64,000 nt of DNA from Eledone cirrhosa (taxonomy: Eukaryota), in the NCBI GenBank assembly GCA_964016885.1, contig OZ024740.1, positions 348,688,001-348,752,000 of the forward strand. Reading direction: 5' to 3'. The notes under the pieces were generated by a model, which was given only the letters and a program-made list of their open reading frames with translations, made no database searches and was not told the origin of the DNA. Each line of letters starts with the position of its first letter. Within the stretch, counting starts at the first letter, position 1. Positions 1 to 13,489 of this stretch are shown in pieces. Made by a program: the position numbers and the translations under genes.

Positions 1-645
1 CTGACGTTCGGCGTTCCGATGGCGCTGTTCGGCCCGTTTTTCTTCATTCCTGGCTGCACGCCGTCGCTGCTGTAGTTCACTGTTTGATAAAGTCGAATTG
101 CTTTTATTATCAGTATTCATTTCGAGCAATTGTCAAAAAATTACACAATAATAAATATAAAAGATGTCCGTCAATGTAAAAAAAAGGCCCCTATTTACTC
201 CCTTCACAACTCTGTGTATGTTAGACTGACAGACAGGCACACAGAGAGATAAACTGCGTGGCGATTGTGGACGCCCCTCGTACACACACATACACGCATG
301 GAAACGCGCACACGCACGCAAACTTACACACGCACCCGTGCACTTACACAAACTTACACACCCACACATGTTGATAGTTTTTACTTTCTGTGGAACGCTG
401 CACGCACACACACATAAACATACGCGCACGTACATACACACGCACACATCGCATGGTAATAGTTACAGCGTTCACTTTGCCTCTCTATTTCTTACTCTCC
501 CCTCTAACTCCCTTATTGCCATTACGCGTATTAATTTACGTTTGGCGTCGTTGAGGTGGGCGGAGTCGTTTGAAACCTATGAACGAAATGATAATCGAGA
601 ATTATGACACACGGAATACTAACGTTGTTGAAATTAATATATAGA
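1..645 (-). mobile_element. Helitron, 5' part of a second copy (runs off window start)
   Basis: 1-350 matches ~6110-6460 and 350-645 matches ~8850-9141; minus strand starts TCTATATATTAATTTC at 645 (Helitron 5' TC). Confidence 0.85.
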
Positions 646-1394
646 CTAGCTGACGTACCCAGCTTCGCCCGGGTAAATAGATGATAAGAGAAGACAGGTA
701 AAAGAGAAAATGACTGTATTGGATGTTTATCTGGTTACAGTATGAGGCGAGTCTGTGGTGTCTGTGTGATCCCCAAAACAGTAAAACAAATCTTCCAGAT
801 ATACCACATTCTTCGTTGTACCGTTTGTGCATAGTATAAGAAGCAATTCTAGGTGGTCCCACCTAGAATAGTGACCTCTAGGAGATGGTTAATCTTCTAC
901 CTGACTGTAAAACGTGTATCATTGCATAGACGTGGTTGTTCCACGTTTCTTAAAAGGATGATGGAAGTTCCAATCTTTTATATTATATGTAGATATAGAT
1001 ATAGTTAATTAATACAAAATATATCCATCAATGTAAAAAAGGTCCCTAATTACTTGAAATGGTTTATACAAATGCTAAATTAATATGGATATGGATAACA
1101 TGCTTATCTATAAGTGGTCGGCTATAATAATAAAACAACAAATTATATGAGACAAAAATTTATTCAGTAATTTCCAGGCTCTTAGCCACTGAGTAATAGA
1201 CAGTCAATATTGCCCAGAGTTCAACTCAGGGAGGTGGCCTGGTTTGAACTCCAAATTGCGGATCCTTCTACTTCGAAAATAGAATCGTTTTTCAATATTA
1301 CTCTAGCTCTTGCCGGCCATAGGCACCAAACATTTTGCCAGCCTCAGCATATGATGAGGTTTTATTACCACCGCTATCAGAAGCGATAAATTTG

Positions 1395-1727
1395 AAGGCA
1401 ATTTCTACCAATACTTGTTGGTTTTTATTGCTCATTATCGACAATAAATGACATTGAACAGAAATGATAACTGTCAAAGCTCACAATACTGATTAAAGGA
1501 CACCAATATCTGAATCATATACGTCGAATATTCATAGCAGTTAAGGCAATTTCTACCAATGATTGTTGGTATTTATTGCGCAACATAGCAGTGAGAGCAA
1601 TTTTTACCAATACTTGTTTGTCTTTATTGCTCATAACGACATTAAATGACATTGAACAGAAATGATAACTCTGTCAAAGCTCACAATACTGATCAAAGGA
1701 CACCAATATCCGAATCATTTACGTCGC
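1395..1727. repeat. Imperfect direct repeats (~130 bp twice plus a ~35 bp partial copy) in the Helitron 3' region
   Basis: gcaatttctaccaatacttg...gacattgaacagaaatgataac...ggacaccaatatc at ~1398 and ~1597, partial at ~1547. Confidence 0.8.
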
Positions 1728-1759
1728 TTATTGATGATAGCATTAAAGATATGCATACA

Positions 1760-4700
1760 TCAGCTCAAAGCTTCATTATAGACAATATTTAGGGTTGTTC
1801 CTCTGTTAGTGGTATCAATTGCAAATATTATACCATCAGGATCGCACACTCGAGATGCAGCAACATACAGTTGCCCATGGCTGAGTGCTGGATCATTCAA
1901 GTAGACACCGACTCGCCTTAAAGTCTGTCCCTGTGCATTGTTCACAGTCATATGGAGAAGGCCAAATTGACGGGAAGCTGTCTCCTTTGCCAAATGAATG
2001 GCAGCAGATCTTTTCTTGGTCTCAGCATGATCCTCAGAATGAGAACCGATTCCTCTCTTCCTGGGAGTTTAGCTTCTAAAACTCTTCCGTTAATCAATCT
2101 CTCAACAATCAATCTGGTACCATTGCAAAGACCCATTTTATGATTGATATTTCTAAGCAATATAATCGGCATACCCTTTTTCAACCTCAAAATATGTGGG
2201 GGGAAATCCGGGTATTTGAAGTGAATTCAGATACTCAGTCGGAAAACCATATTGTTCTGTTGATTAGGCTCCATTGTATCCGCACTGACGGTCAACCATT
2301 CCTCTCCAGGAAACATTTCGGCTACTTGTGAATTTATTTCATCGACCGTTGCATTCGTATGAGTTAGAATAACGCGTTCCGATATTCAGGAGATATTCTG
2401 CCAAAAAGCATGCAAATTAGGGAACACCCAGTCAATCAATGCTTGGCGGTCTAGTGGCATGACCAAATGGTCTGGGATTCTTACAGTCTGATTATCACCA
2501 ACGTGTGACAATTCATCGTTTCACAACTGCATCAACCATCGGCCGTATGTCTCAGCCTCTTCGTTTTACCCGAACTTACGAAGTCGCATATTATCGTGTA
2601 ATCGCAAAACTCTGAAATGGCGCCACAACGGGGAGTTTTTCAGACATGCATCGACAATTTGCGCTCTTTGAGCATTTCTAACAATTGGTAGCATCTGTCT
2701 GAAATCGCCACCAAGAACGGTAGTCTTACCACCGAATGGCAGGTCACTACCGCAGATATCTCTCAAAGTTCTGTTCAATGCCTTCAGCAAATATCTGTGT
2801 GCCATTGGAGCCTCGTCCCAAATAATCAGAGACGTATTGCGTATAAGGCCCGCGAGTTCACTTTGTCCTGTAATGTTACAGACACTCAACTCACCCGGAG
2901 CCAATGGAGCCTTGAAGCATGAGTGGAGAGTGTTTCCACCACTCAGCAAAATGGCAGCGATCTCACTGGTGGCCACAGGGAGAGCAATCTTCCTCTGAGC
3001 TATGACTGCCGATAACATAGTGTTGAAACAGAATGTCTTTCCAGTGCCTCCTGGAGCATCTATGAAAGCACAAAGTTGCTCATTAGTGGAAATCGAGTGG
3101 AATACGCCATCGACCAATTCTCTCTGAGATTGGGTCAACATTGGCATACGTTGGCATACGTTGCTCATCCACAATACGTTGCTGTTCCAGTGGATCAAAC
3201 TGGAATAGTTCCCTCTGATCGAGTGGCAACCGTCTAAGCTGCAATCTCATATTCAATGCTAAGACACGTTGCCGCATTTCTTCATCAGGAATTGGAAATT
3301 GAAATCTGTTAAACATTTGAAATGAACTTCAAGCAGTTGCTCAATATTGAGCAAAACAATAGCTTTCTTCAAATTTTCATCATCGACCTGAAGATGATGC
3401 CTAAAATCATCAGCCATAATTCCCCAATGGCGTTCAAATAACTCTCTTGGATCGGCAGTATTGCAGAATCCTAGAATCGTGACAAACAACTGCCTTATTT
3501 GAGCCGGCATCTGTGTTGTTCCTGCAGCTTACATGGCGTTATTCCATCCAGCGTCATTCTGAAGGAGTCCCAGATGCTGACACACAGCCTGGTATATTTC
3601 ATATTTCACGCCATTGATTGATTGTTTTCAAATCAGCAAAGCTCTGTTTACCTCTCGAAAAATCATTATGCAACAGAATTCGGAGATAAAACACATCACC
3701 AGATGCTGGATGGGCATTACAAACCCGTCCAATAGTCATGAATCTCAACTTTGTTTTCTATCATTCCATTTCTTTCCCGTCTTATCCCACGTACAGTGCG
3801 AAGGGAAATCGCAGTAGAGTTGCCTTTGATCCGGGTTCAAAGCATGTTCCCTATTATGCTTGAACCACTCAGTCAATTCCGTCTTAGGAGGTGGTGCGTT
3901 AGCAATTCTTTCGACAACTTTTCTAATGTCGGGAAAACAGACCATTTGCCTATTCTCTAAGTGAACCATCAGTTTCTGAACGCTGGGTTTGCGTTCATTG
4001 AGATCAAAATCGAACAATCTCCAGCAAGTTTCGCTAGATCCAATCGAGCGAACATCCTGGAACCTGCCAACTTCATCTCTTTGGTTCGCTTCCTCATTCC
4101 TGACATTGATCATTGCCCGATCATGACCTTTGTAAACATATTTGAATAGATATTTACAAGCTTTCACTGAGCTACAAATTTCCACATTAATATGACAACG
4201 ATATTTCATAATCAAATATGGATTGTATGGCACAACCCATTGATTTGTAACCTGTCGACCGTTTACATTTTCGACCAAACCGTCATCTGTAGTCTTCTGT
4301 ATGAGGCATGAGCATCGCCATCGTTCCAGGAAGTGTTCGTGACAAAAGAATTCGGAAAGTGCTTACTGCCTTGGCCATTTTTCATGCAAGGCGCTTTCCG
4401 ATTTGCCACTGCGTATTGGTTGTGCACCATTGACTTTGCCATCAAGTTGCGTAGTGCCTCATTCTCCGGCATTTCAGCACACAATTCTGTCGACATCCTC
4501 AGCACATCTCAATTTGCAATCTTTATGTAAAATGATCAGCAAATGTGCATGCGGCAATCCTCTTTATGGGAATTAAATTTCGTATGTAAAAGCAACTATA
4601 CCTCCAAAGATTCCCTCTTTTTCCACATAATCCATTATCTTTTTCAGATATGTTTTGAATACTCTTGTATTGTCCTGGCAAAAGTGCATCCTTAATATCA

Positions 4701-6236
4701 GTCCATTCAGGATTGCATGTAACCGTTATAAAAAAATCTGGCTTTCCAAACTTTCTGACAATGGCCATTGCATCCTGATAGCGAATGTTCATATATCTCG
4801 CGCCGCCGATGAACGACAATGGCAAAATGATGCGTTGACCAATTTGCTTGTAATTGGCATCATCAGCTGTTATCGCATCCTGTATATTATTATACAATTC
4901 ATCTCTGATATGTTGCTGACGTGTAGCTATATAATTTAGCCTTTGATTTTCGATCTTTGCGAATGCCATACAACAGTATTCCTGGAACAATCTGCTGGCT
5001 TGAAATAGCGCATTTCTCTGTTGATTTCTCTCGTTCAAATGGAACGCATAAAAGTCGCGAATCGAATTATTGTGTCTATTGCCACCTCCCTGTTGATGCT
5101 GATTCTCATGATCATCTAAATGAACAAACATGTTCCATCCATTTTCACCTTTTGGGAATAAAAGAAGATAATGCAATGGATCGTATGCCCTATTAGACTC
5201 GTTGATAGTCTTGAGACCACCATCTCTGCGATTGAGGACGATATCTCTCGATCCAGGCATTATATCGCCGTTCGTTTTGATTACTTGGCACTGCGTCAGC
5301 TTTGATCACCAATGTTTGCTGCTGAACATTTTGCAGTTCAGCCACCAACATGAAATCCTTAACATATGGATTACACTGTCTAAGCCATGATTGCAAATCA
5401 CGGATCAAATCACTTAACCTTTGCCGTTCAAGTTCAGTTATATTTCCCGGCAACTTCATCCAACCGATCCTGATATCCTCTCCCAATTCAATATAATCTG
5501 GATCGTTAACGTAAATTAGAGCGAATCGAGGCCTCTCTCCTGGGGTAACTTCTAAATTACCGATACAATGATACAAATGGCCTTGAATGACTACATTCGG
5601 TTGCCATGCTCCACTCTCAAACATCTCACTAACTCTCTGCGATGCTAAAGCTAATGAATTGTTAATTTGCCGTGAATATTTGCGCAGTAATCTACGTCAG
5701 TCTTCTTGATCACCCTACATACTTAGTATTTTAAACTCCGGTGACTCCTCATCATCCGGTATTCGCAAGGGTTCTAGTTGAACTGCTCCTTTATGACAGC
5801 ACATTGTGGTCCACGTCTTTTCGTGCCTCCAAAGCAATGCCCCACAATGTGGACACTCTGCTCGTCCACCAATCTGAAAATGACACGGTTGCCATGATCT
5901 ATTTTTAATATCATTCGTTCGCCTTCTAGCCTCTTTACTGGAATGAGGAGCACTTTGGCGACACATTCTCTGAACTTCTGTATTGCGCTGGTGCTGTTCA
6001 GCCAGCTCCTCTTCATCCATTGCAGCACGCCGTCGCTGCTTGGCTCCAGTGTTTCGTTGGCTTTGTTCAGCCGGCTCCTTTTCATTCATGGCGGCACGTC
6101 TTCGCCTCTGAAGTTCGGCGTTCCGATGGCGCTGTTCGGCTCGTTTTTCTTCATTCCTGGCTGCACGCCGTCGCCGCTGTAGTTGACTGTTTGATAAAGT
6201 CGAATTGCTTTTATTATCAATATTCATTTCGAGCAA
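1760..6236 (-). pseudogene. Helitron Rep/PIF1 helicase (RepHel), fragmented by frameshifts and stops
   Basis: ORF pieces with Rep motifs GKPDFFITVTCNPEW and KYLFKYVYKGHD, helicase motifs DAPGGTGKTF, WDEAPM, GGDFRQMLP, GLCNGTRL, HGQLYVAASRV; N-terminal Arg/Gln-rich repeats and CxxC. Confidence 0.95.
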
Positions 6237-6468
6237 TTGTCAAAAAATTACACAATAATAAATATAAAAGATGTCCGTCAATGTAAAAAAAGGTCCCTAT
6301 TTACTCCCTTCACAACTCTGTGTATGTTAGACTGACAGACAGGCACACAGAGAGATAAACTGCGTGGCGATTGTGGACGCCCCACGTACACACACATACA
6401 CGCATGGAAAGGCGCACACCCACGCAAGCTTAAACACGTACCCGTGCACTTACACTCACGCACACACT

Positions 6469-8847
6469 TACTTTACTTGTACTTGTGTCGACATTCACCC
6501 TGGACAGGTTGAGCCAGCTTCTTCCCTTGTCCTGACGGCATCCCGAACTATGGCAGCCCACGCACGACGGTCCCGGGCTGGGTCACTGGAGATAGCGAGC
6601 CAGTCACGGTTCCATCGGCGCAGGCCTACCACCTGCGGACCTGAGAGTTCGGAGAGGGTCTCCTTGATCGTCGTTGCCCAGGTCTTCAGCCGCCCGCCAA
6701 CGCGCTTGCGCCAGTTAAGGAGTGGATGTGGGAGGAGAACATTGCGGATCAGCTCACCCTCAAGGCGCCGGGCTACGTGACTAAACCACCTCAAGCGCTG
6801 TTGCAGAAGCACTGAAGGAAGGGGTCGAAGATTCAGGCGAAGACGATGATTGGCGGTAGGTACCCGATCAACGCGTCGGCAGCGAAGAATGCTGGGGAGA
6901 CAATCATTGTCGAAGACCTCTAGCCCTCGTTGATCGAACCCTCATAGGCTATGTTTCATAGCCATAGAGGAGGATAGTGCGAACGACGGCCTGGTAGATT
7001 CGCCCTTTGGTCGCCGATTTGATCTCTCTTCTGTCCCACAGACACCGCTGGAGGCGCCCAAAAGCGGATCTGGCAGCACCTATGCGACGTTTGACCTCGG
7101 CTGCGCTCTGTCCCGTTGGCACCACTGTTGAGCCCAGGTAAACGAAGGACTTCACATCCTCCAGGTCCACGCCCTCGAGAGATATTGGCTGCCAGGCATC
7201 AGGCGAGACCAGTGACGTCATGACTTTCGACTTGGCGGCATTGATTCGTAGACCAATAGCGGCGGCTGCAGTGTGCACCCTTTCCAGAGCACCTTGTACA
7301 TCTGTCCCGTTAGCGCCGATCAGCGCGATGTCATCTGCGTAGGTCAGGTTCGTCACCACGACTCCTCTCCCGACCTCTACGCCCGGGTAATCCCGGAGCG
7401 CTGTGTTGATAGTGTAGTCAATGGCGGAGTTGAAGAGAGTTGGCAATAGCGCACACCCCTGCCGAAAACCGGTCCCAATATCGAACGACTCAGTCTCTCC
7501 ACCATAGACCCTCACTCGAGCCCGAGTCGACCGGTAGTAGTCCTGTATGGGACGAAGCAGCTTCACTGGGAATCCGTCCGCTTGCATTATACGTCATAGG
7601 GCTTGCCGATCTACCTAGTCGAAGGCAGCTTCAATGTCGATGAAGCAGAGGATGGTAGGCTGTTGATGTGCCTACCGTTGTTCCAGGACACGCCGGAGAT
7701 TGAAGATTTGATCAACGCACCCCCTCCCCGGATGGAAGCCGCCCTGAGAAGGACGGGTACGGACATCAGGGATAGCCTGGAACCTCTTCAGCAGAAGGAT
7801 TGCGAAGGTTTTGGTAGCAACGTCAATTAAACTGATACCCCTGTAGTTGGAACACATTTTCCTGTCGCCTTTTTTGAAGAAGGGTAGAAGAGTTGTCACC
7901 AGGGAACCGCTCCGTCGCCCACACCGAGGAGAAGACTCGAAGGAGCCAAGCTGCGAAGACATTAGGCTCGGCCTTGTAGACCTCAGCTGGAACGCCATCT
8001 TCGCCCGGCGCCTTCTTGTTCCGGAGATGAGTCAGGACACTACGTACCTCCTCGACCGTTGGAGGGGCAGTGCTGCACCCGTATTCTTCCCCGGAAGGCT
8101 GCACGTAGGTGTTGGTGTGGGTGGTGGCGGGTGGTTGAGCAGCTCGGAGAAATGGTCCCGCCATCGGACTAGCCGGTCATTAAGATTGGTTATGACCGAC
8201 CCGTTCCGATCACGGATCGTTTCCCTGATACCCGTACTGCTTCGGCTGGCCCGCTTCACCAGCTGGTAGAGCTTGCGCGAGTCACCACAGGCTGCTGCCC
8301 TCTCCGTCTGCTCCGCAAATTCGCGCCAGTGTGCATTCCAATCGGCCCGAATAGCCCTAGATGTACGACGTCGGAGATCTCGAAGATTGGGTGCACCCTC
8401 GAGTCGGGCATCTCTCGCCCTCTCCGCGAGTTCAAGAGTGCCGCCGGAGATCCCTAAAGTCCAACCCCTCCTCAACGTGGCAGTGCGGTGGCAACGGGTA
8501 GTGTCAGAGCTATTCCGTCGGGAACTTCGGTTCCTGGCAAGGCCACCCAAGGCGGATTGGTCTGGCACCCAGCGATATTAGGGCCGCAACCCAGCAAAAG
8601 GGGCTCTGGTGAAAATCCAAGAGGTGTCTGTTCCGGCAAACGGCGGCTTCGGGTCGTTTCTGTCTCTGCGTCTGTGGAGAATCTGTGGCAAACAGGACGT
8701 TTTTTCCCCTCGTTCGTGATATACATGCGGGTATTTTGGGGACCGCTTGTGAATTCACTACTCCCATGACATTTCTTCCATGAATCCTACAAATACGAAC
8801 TATGAATACGAATTACCTTCCCGCTACGAACGCAATGCAAAGCAACA
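6469..8847 (-). mobile_element. 5'-truncated RTE-clade LINE inserted in the Helitron
   Basis: RT motifs KKAPGEDG, NYRGISL, QGCALLPTLF, LTYADD, YLGS, RLRWFSHVAR; short (CAAGTA/AAGTA) tail; 11-bp TSD acgcacacact at 6458-6468 and 8848-8858; absent from the other two Helitron copies. Confidence 0.92.
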
Positions 8848-9354
8848 ACGCACACACTCGCACATGTTGATATATTTTACATTCTGTGGAACGCTGCACG
8901 CACGCACACACACATAAACATACGCGCACGTACATACACACACACACACATGGTAATAGTTACAGTGTTCACTTTGCCTCTCTGTTTCTCACTCTCCCCT
9001 CTCACTCCCTCATTGGCATTATGCATATTAATTTAAGTTTGCCGTCGTTGAGGTTGGCGGAGTCGTTTGAAACCTATGAACCAATGATAATCGAGAATTA
9101 TGACACACAGAATACTGACAGTGTTGAAATTAATATATAGATATTAAACAATTTTATATTCTCTATTTTTATATAACGCAAACTGGGGTTACTTTGAATA
9201 ATTTTTGTCAATTTTGCATTTTTATTGCCACGTAGCTCAATTTTTTTTTTTTTACGAATGTTACTAATATAGATATAATTCAAAGAAGCCCCATCATATG
9301 CAACGTTTCTCAAGAATTTGTAAACATATCTTAATTCGTTATATAGTTATTGAC

Positions 9355-9415
9355 AGTTATGTTTAGTCTTCAAAGTAGCCCCACGTCGGGGCTACTTTGA
9401 ATACTAAACATAACT
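9355..9415. repeat. Short inverted repeat (28-bp arms, 5-bp loop)
   Basis: agttatgtttagtcttcaaagtagcccc-acgtc-ggggctactttgaatactaaacataact. Confidence 0.85.
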
Positions 9416-9679
9416 ATACATTACAAAGTAAAAGTTATATGTATAAGAGATTTTATTGATATTTTGATTGAAGTAAGTATAAATTTCACAGAAATTATGA
9501 CAAAAAACAATATTTAATTATACATACGACTAATGGGGTGATATAATTGATTACACTTCAAAACGATTTTCAACGCTTGGATAACGTGTCGTCCGAGGTG
9601 ATTGCTCAAACAGTGAAGATACATCACTCGATTAACTTGGCATTTTCCAGGTCACATAAATGCTTTGAACTAGTATCAG

Positions 9680-11720
9680 GCATGGAGGACAGCGGGCGGG
9701 TGAATGTGTAGTGAGTAGTGTGGCCGGACACATTTGAGATGGGTACCTGCCCAAAGGTCGAATTGGTTAACGCCATTGTCGACAAGCCGCCTCAAACCGA
9801 GGGCGGGTGGAGCGAAATAGAAAAGACGATCCCATTCACTAGTTCGATCGAAGTCTAAGGCATTCTCAGTTGAAAATATGAGGATATTCGCCACCAGCAC
9901 CCTGCTGCTTTTGTGATTTTAGAGAGACCCACTGGACTCATCTAAAATGTGTTGTCTCCCCTCACTACCGAGGTACAACGCCACCTGCTGAGAATGATTG
10001 CAGCACTCCTTATCAAGTTCATTCATAGTGTCATGACGCTAATTTGGCAGACGACATACTCCCTATTGCTGTGGGTAATGGCTTAAAAAGGCTAGCAGCC
10101 AAGGTCCTCTTTTATCTTGACATGATAAATGTTGTCAAATGTCTGCGACACAACTACGTTCTCGAGGCTTTTCTCAGTTATGCCCTGTCCATCTAATCAT
10201 TAGTCTACCTGCCGTACGGATTTCCGAGCATCCTCCTCGCTGCGCATGTGATCATATCATCTTCAAATGGCGGTCAAGAATTTGATCCATTGGATCCTAT
10301 TAGTTCTCAGTGTACACAACGTTGCTTGGAACATCAACGATTTTAACATCCGCGACCTAGATGATGCAATGATAGGTGGGTTTGTGGAGACTGTCTACGA
10401 CTATCTCCGATCAGTGGTTGCTGTTCTAGCGAGTATTGGCCTCGGGATTAAAACTTCTAAGCTGGAGCACGTGAACCTCAATTAAGACGCAAAGGATTTC
10501 GAAATCTTCGTCTCGGGTGTGCGATCAATACTCCACCGGATGCAAGAGACATCAAAGGGAGACTTTCTCATCCTTGGTTCACCCATCGTCCTACCTACCA
10601 TTCAATCCGCCCTCAGGTCCAAGCTTCACCAGCTCAAACATTCGAGTAGACTGAATCAGATTGGCGTACATCCGACCTTTTTCCTGTTGAGGAATTTCTT
10701 CGCCATGCCGAAGATTTATACGCCTTCAGTCATGGCCCTTTATACAACCAGGTGTCTCTCTTTACGTTTCACCACGCTTGTATCCGATGGGCTGCTGAGA
10801 TTTGCAGTATCTGGATTGATAACATGTATGGCAACAGGCCACTTTATCTTTCAGATACCATTACTTTGGTCACCGGTTTCCCACCTCGCTGGCTTTTCCG
10901 GCATTTCTTTCGTCGGTAACCTCCTGGTCCGTCCTTATCAACAAGGTTCTCCAGAACTATGGAGACTACTGTGATCAGAGAACGCAAGGCGGTCTACGCT
11001 ACATGGAACCAGCTCGCCCTCCACTCTGTGAACGTACAGCTTACTCTCATTTGTAGACGTCCCGAACAACCCAAAGCAAATGGAACTCCATTTAATATGA
11101 CTTGGCCTTAGACAGGCTTGAACACTGGCATGAGCAGCACTGCGTTACATTTTTTCGCTCGGCTTCCCAACATCACAATGGAACTTGGCTTAACGTTTTA
11201 CCTTCACTCTGAACTTGCAATCAGCCAGACAGCGACTGGTTGCGTACCGTTCCTTTCTCAGCCCATGCCGGTGATGCTGGACCAATGAGACGGCAAAAAG
11301 GCCAGATGGCATCATGATCTTCCCGCCCTCCAGTGGTAAGCGCCTCCACTGGCACGCTTCATGCATTTACACCTCCGCGGTAACCTAGTTCATTCAGTGT
11401 CTAACTCAGACTTTGCTGCCCGACAAGCCAAAAGTCGTAAGCTATTGAAATATCGATCAATATGCAATAGGTTTATCGCCGAACCTGTAGCTGAGGAGAC
11501 TTCTGGCGTTCTTGGTTCATGAATGACCTCCATACTCACTATTATCGGGGTGGAATTGATCACACGCTGGAGTGTGCCCCACAAGCTGGAATTATTTTTC
11601 AGACGGGTCTCCATCGCCAACCTTCCGGACAACGCTTTCTCCATTCTGGCCAATCTGACTATATGGAGGCCTGCGCATGAGCTCCCACACATCAGAGATC
11701 CCTCCCGCACATTGTCGGGA
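9680..11720 (+). mobile_element. Degraded CRE-like (RT + restriction-like endonuclease) retrotransposon
   Basis: Remnants PIAVGN..RLAAK, DLDDAMIGG, ILGSP, FFLLRNFFAMPK, DGK(R)PDG; homologous to 31690-34790. Confidence 0.7.
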
Positions 11721-12339
11721 CCCGCATCTTTGTGGTATCGATATTATGACAATAATGGAAAAATATCTTTTATATCATATTTTCTCTCATTTTGACCTTT
11801 CTCCTTACTTTTGCTATTTAATTTTATCTTTCTTTTTCTTTTTTTCAATTCAAACATTATGTAATTTAATTGAAAAATTGAAATTGTATGGTCTTAACCT
11901 TTTAACAAATTATATTGACAAAAAGAAATAGCTGTACCTACTTATGATGTAAAATATCGAACACACTTATGACACATAAATGCATGTGTGTGGTAAATCA
12001 TATTATATGTCATATTCTTTCAGAAACCATGCTGAAACACAGTTACCAAGCCAATCGTATTTTTAAAAGCATACATAACTACTAATGTGAAAGCGCATGG
12101 TTAGAGTCGTCAGAGTTCGTTGAATCAGTAATCAGAATACAATAAAAACATAAATATTTGCTATTAATTAAAAACCCAGATACCACATGCCCCAGAACCG
12201 CAAGTACAGCTATCTTGCCAAATGACGTGTAAGGCTTATTTTCTACCACAGACTAGTTACATATTTTCAGAGAAGATGGATGCTTCAAATCAATTTTATG
12301 AGTAATGAGCAGCTTCTGCTGAACTTTCAGTAATATTTG

Positions 12340-13220
12340 AGGGAAGTTTTGTAATTGATTTATTTTTCCGCCAACCTGTTTGCAAAATCCTGATGACAAA
12401 CGCAGTACATGATGATGTAGGAATTCAAAAATGAATTGGTTGAAATAAGAAGCATAGTGTCAATTTATTGAGAACATAAAAGTATATGTCTAAGGCGTGC
12501 TTTAGCATAATCTGGTTTACGTCAAACAATGCACATATGAGTCAAGAAAATATAAAATTGAAAATGAATGTTTATGACAAAACTTTTGTATTATTCTTAA
12601 TTTTGACGTATACATTAGTTGGCTCTACATAATATGATGTATGAATAAAGAATACATAAGAAAATATATTTAAGTGTGATTTACTGCAAACGTGAATTTC
12701 AGATTCCATTAATAAAAAAAAAAAGTGATTTGATAACTGATATAAAAGAACGCAGTACCTGAATAAGTAAAACAATTAATACAATTCGTTTCTGTTAGAT
12801 CTCATATCATTTTTATATTATAGTTGCATTCAAAAAATGATATAATTATTCTAACTCGATACGAACCCGATCAAGTTTATTTAACATGGCGGTCATTTCT
12901 TTGTCAATGAGATTCAATAATAAGTTGGATATGGCTAAATATAAATGGAAAAGCGTTTAGATAATATTTGTCGTGGGGTCAAAATATTGGATATGAACAA
13001 GTATTACTGTAATCATTACACAAACTCCCTTAATGTAATCAGGAAATATCAATTTTTATCTTATATAATTATTACCACGCAACGTTATTGTATTCGAAGA
13101 CATGCAATATTACCAAGGAATGTAGATAATAAAACATCATATCCAAGGAGATTCAGTAGAACACAAGAGGAATTGAACACGAAAACTTTGAATTTAATGA
13201 CACATATATATAATTTATTA
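12340..13220 (-). pseudogene. Possible highly eroded rhodopsin-class GPCR pseudogene
   Basis: Manual translation gives, in order, a TM3-like STFLGNIACLRIQ*RCVVII, TM6-like TKVLS*TFIFNFIFS*LICALF and TM7/helix-8-like LISTNSFLNSYIIMYCVCHQDF; many stops. Confidence 0.3.
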
Positions 13221-13489
13221 ACTGGTACTAAGCACCACCATGTTCGATATGTATCAATCAAATACTTTTCTTAATTCTGGTAGTAGGCTGAGTGATTAAG
13301 CATTGATAAGATCGCAATCATGATCTAATTATCAAAATAATATGAATTAGTTTAGCAAATCCATCAATAATGACGGTACATATATTTCTCTTACTTACGT
13401 ATTAAGTAAAATTAAACAAACTAATGTAGCTCCATTTTTCATATATTTGTATACATTGACATATTAATATATCAATTACGAAACTCTTA

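Larger units (their letters stand above)
646..9141 (-). mobile_element. Near full-length degenerate Helitron, interrupted by an RTE LINE
   Basis: 5' end A|TCTATATATT at 9141; 3' end hairpin ACCCGGGCGAAGCTGGGT (674-657) then CTAG (649-646); RepHel coding remnants inside. Confidence 0.85.
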
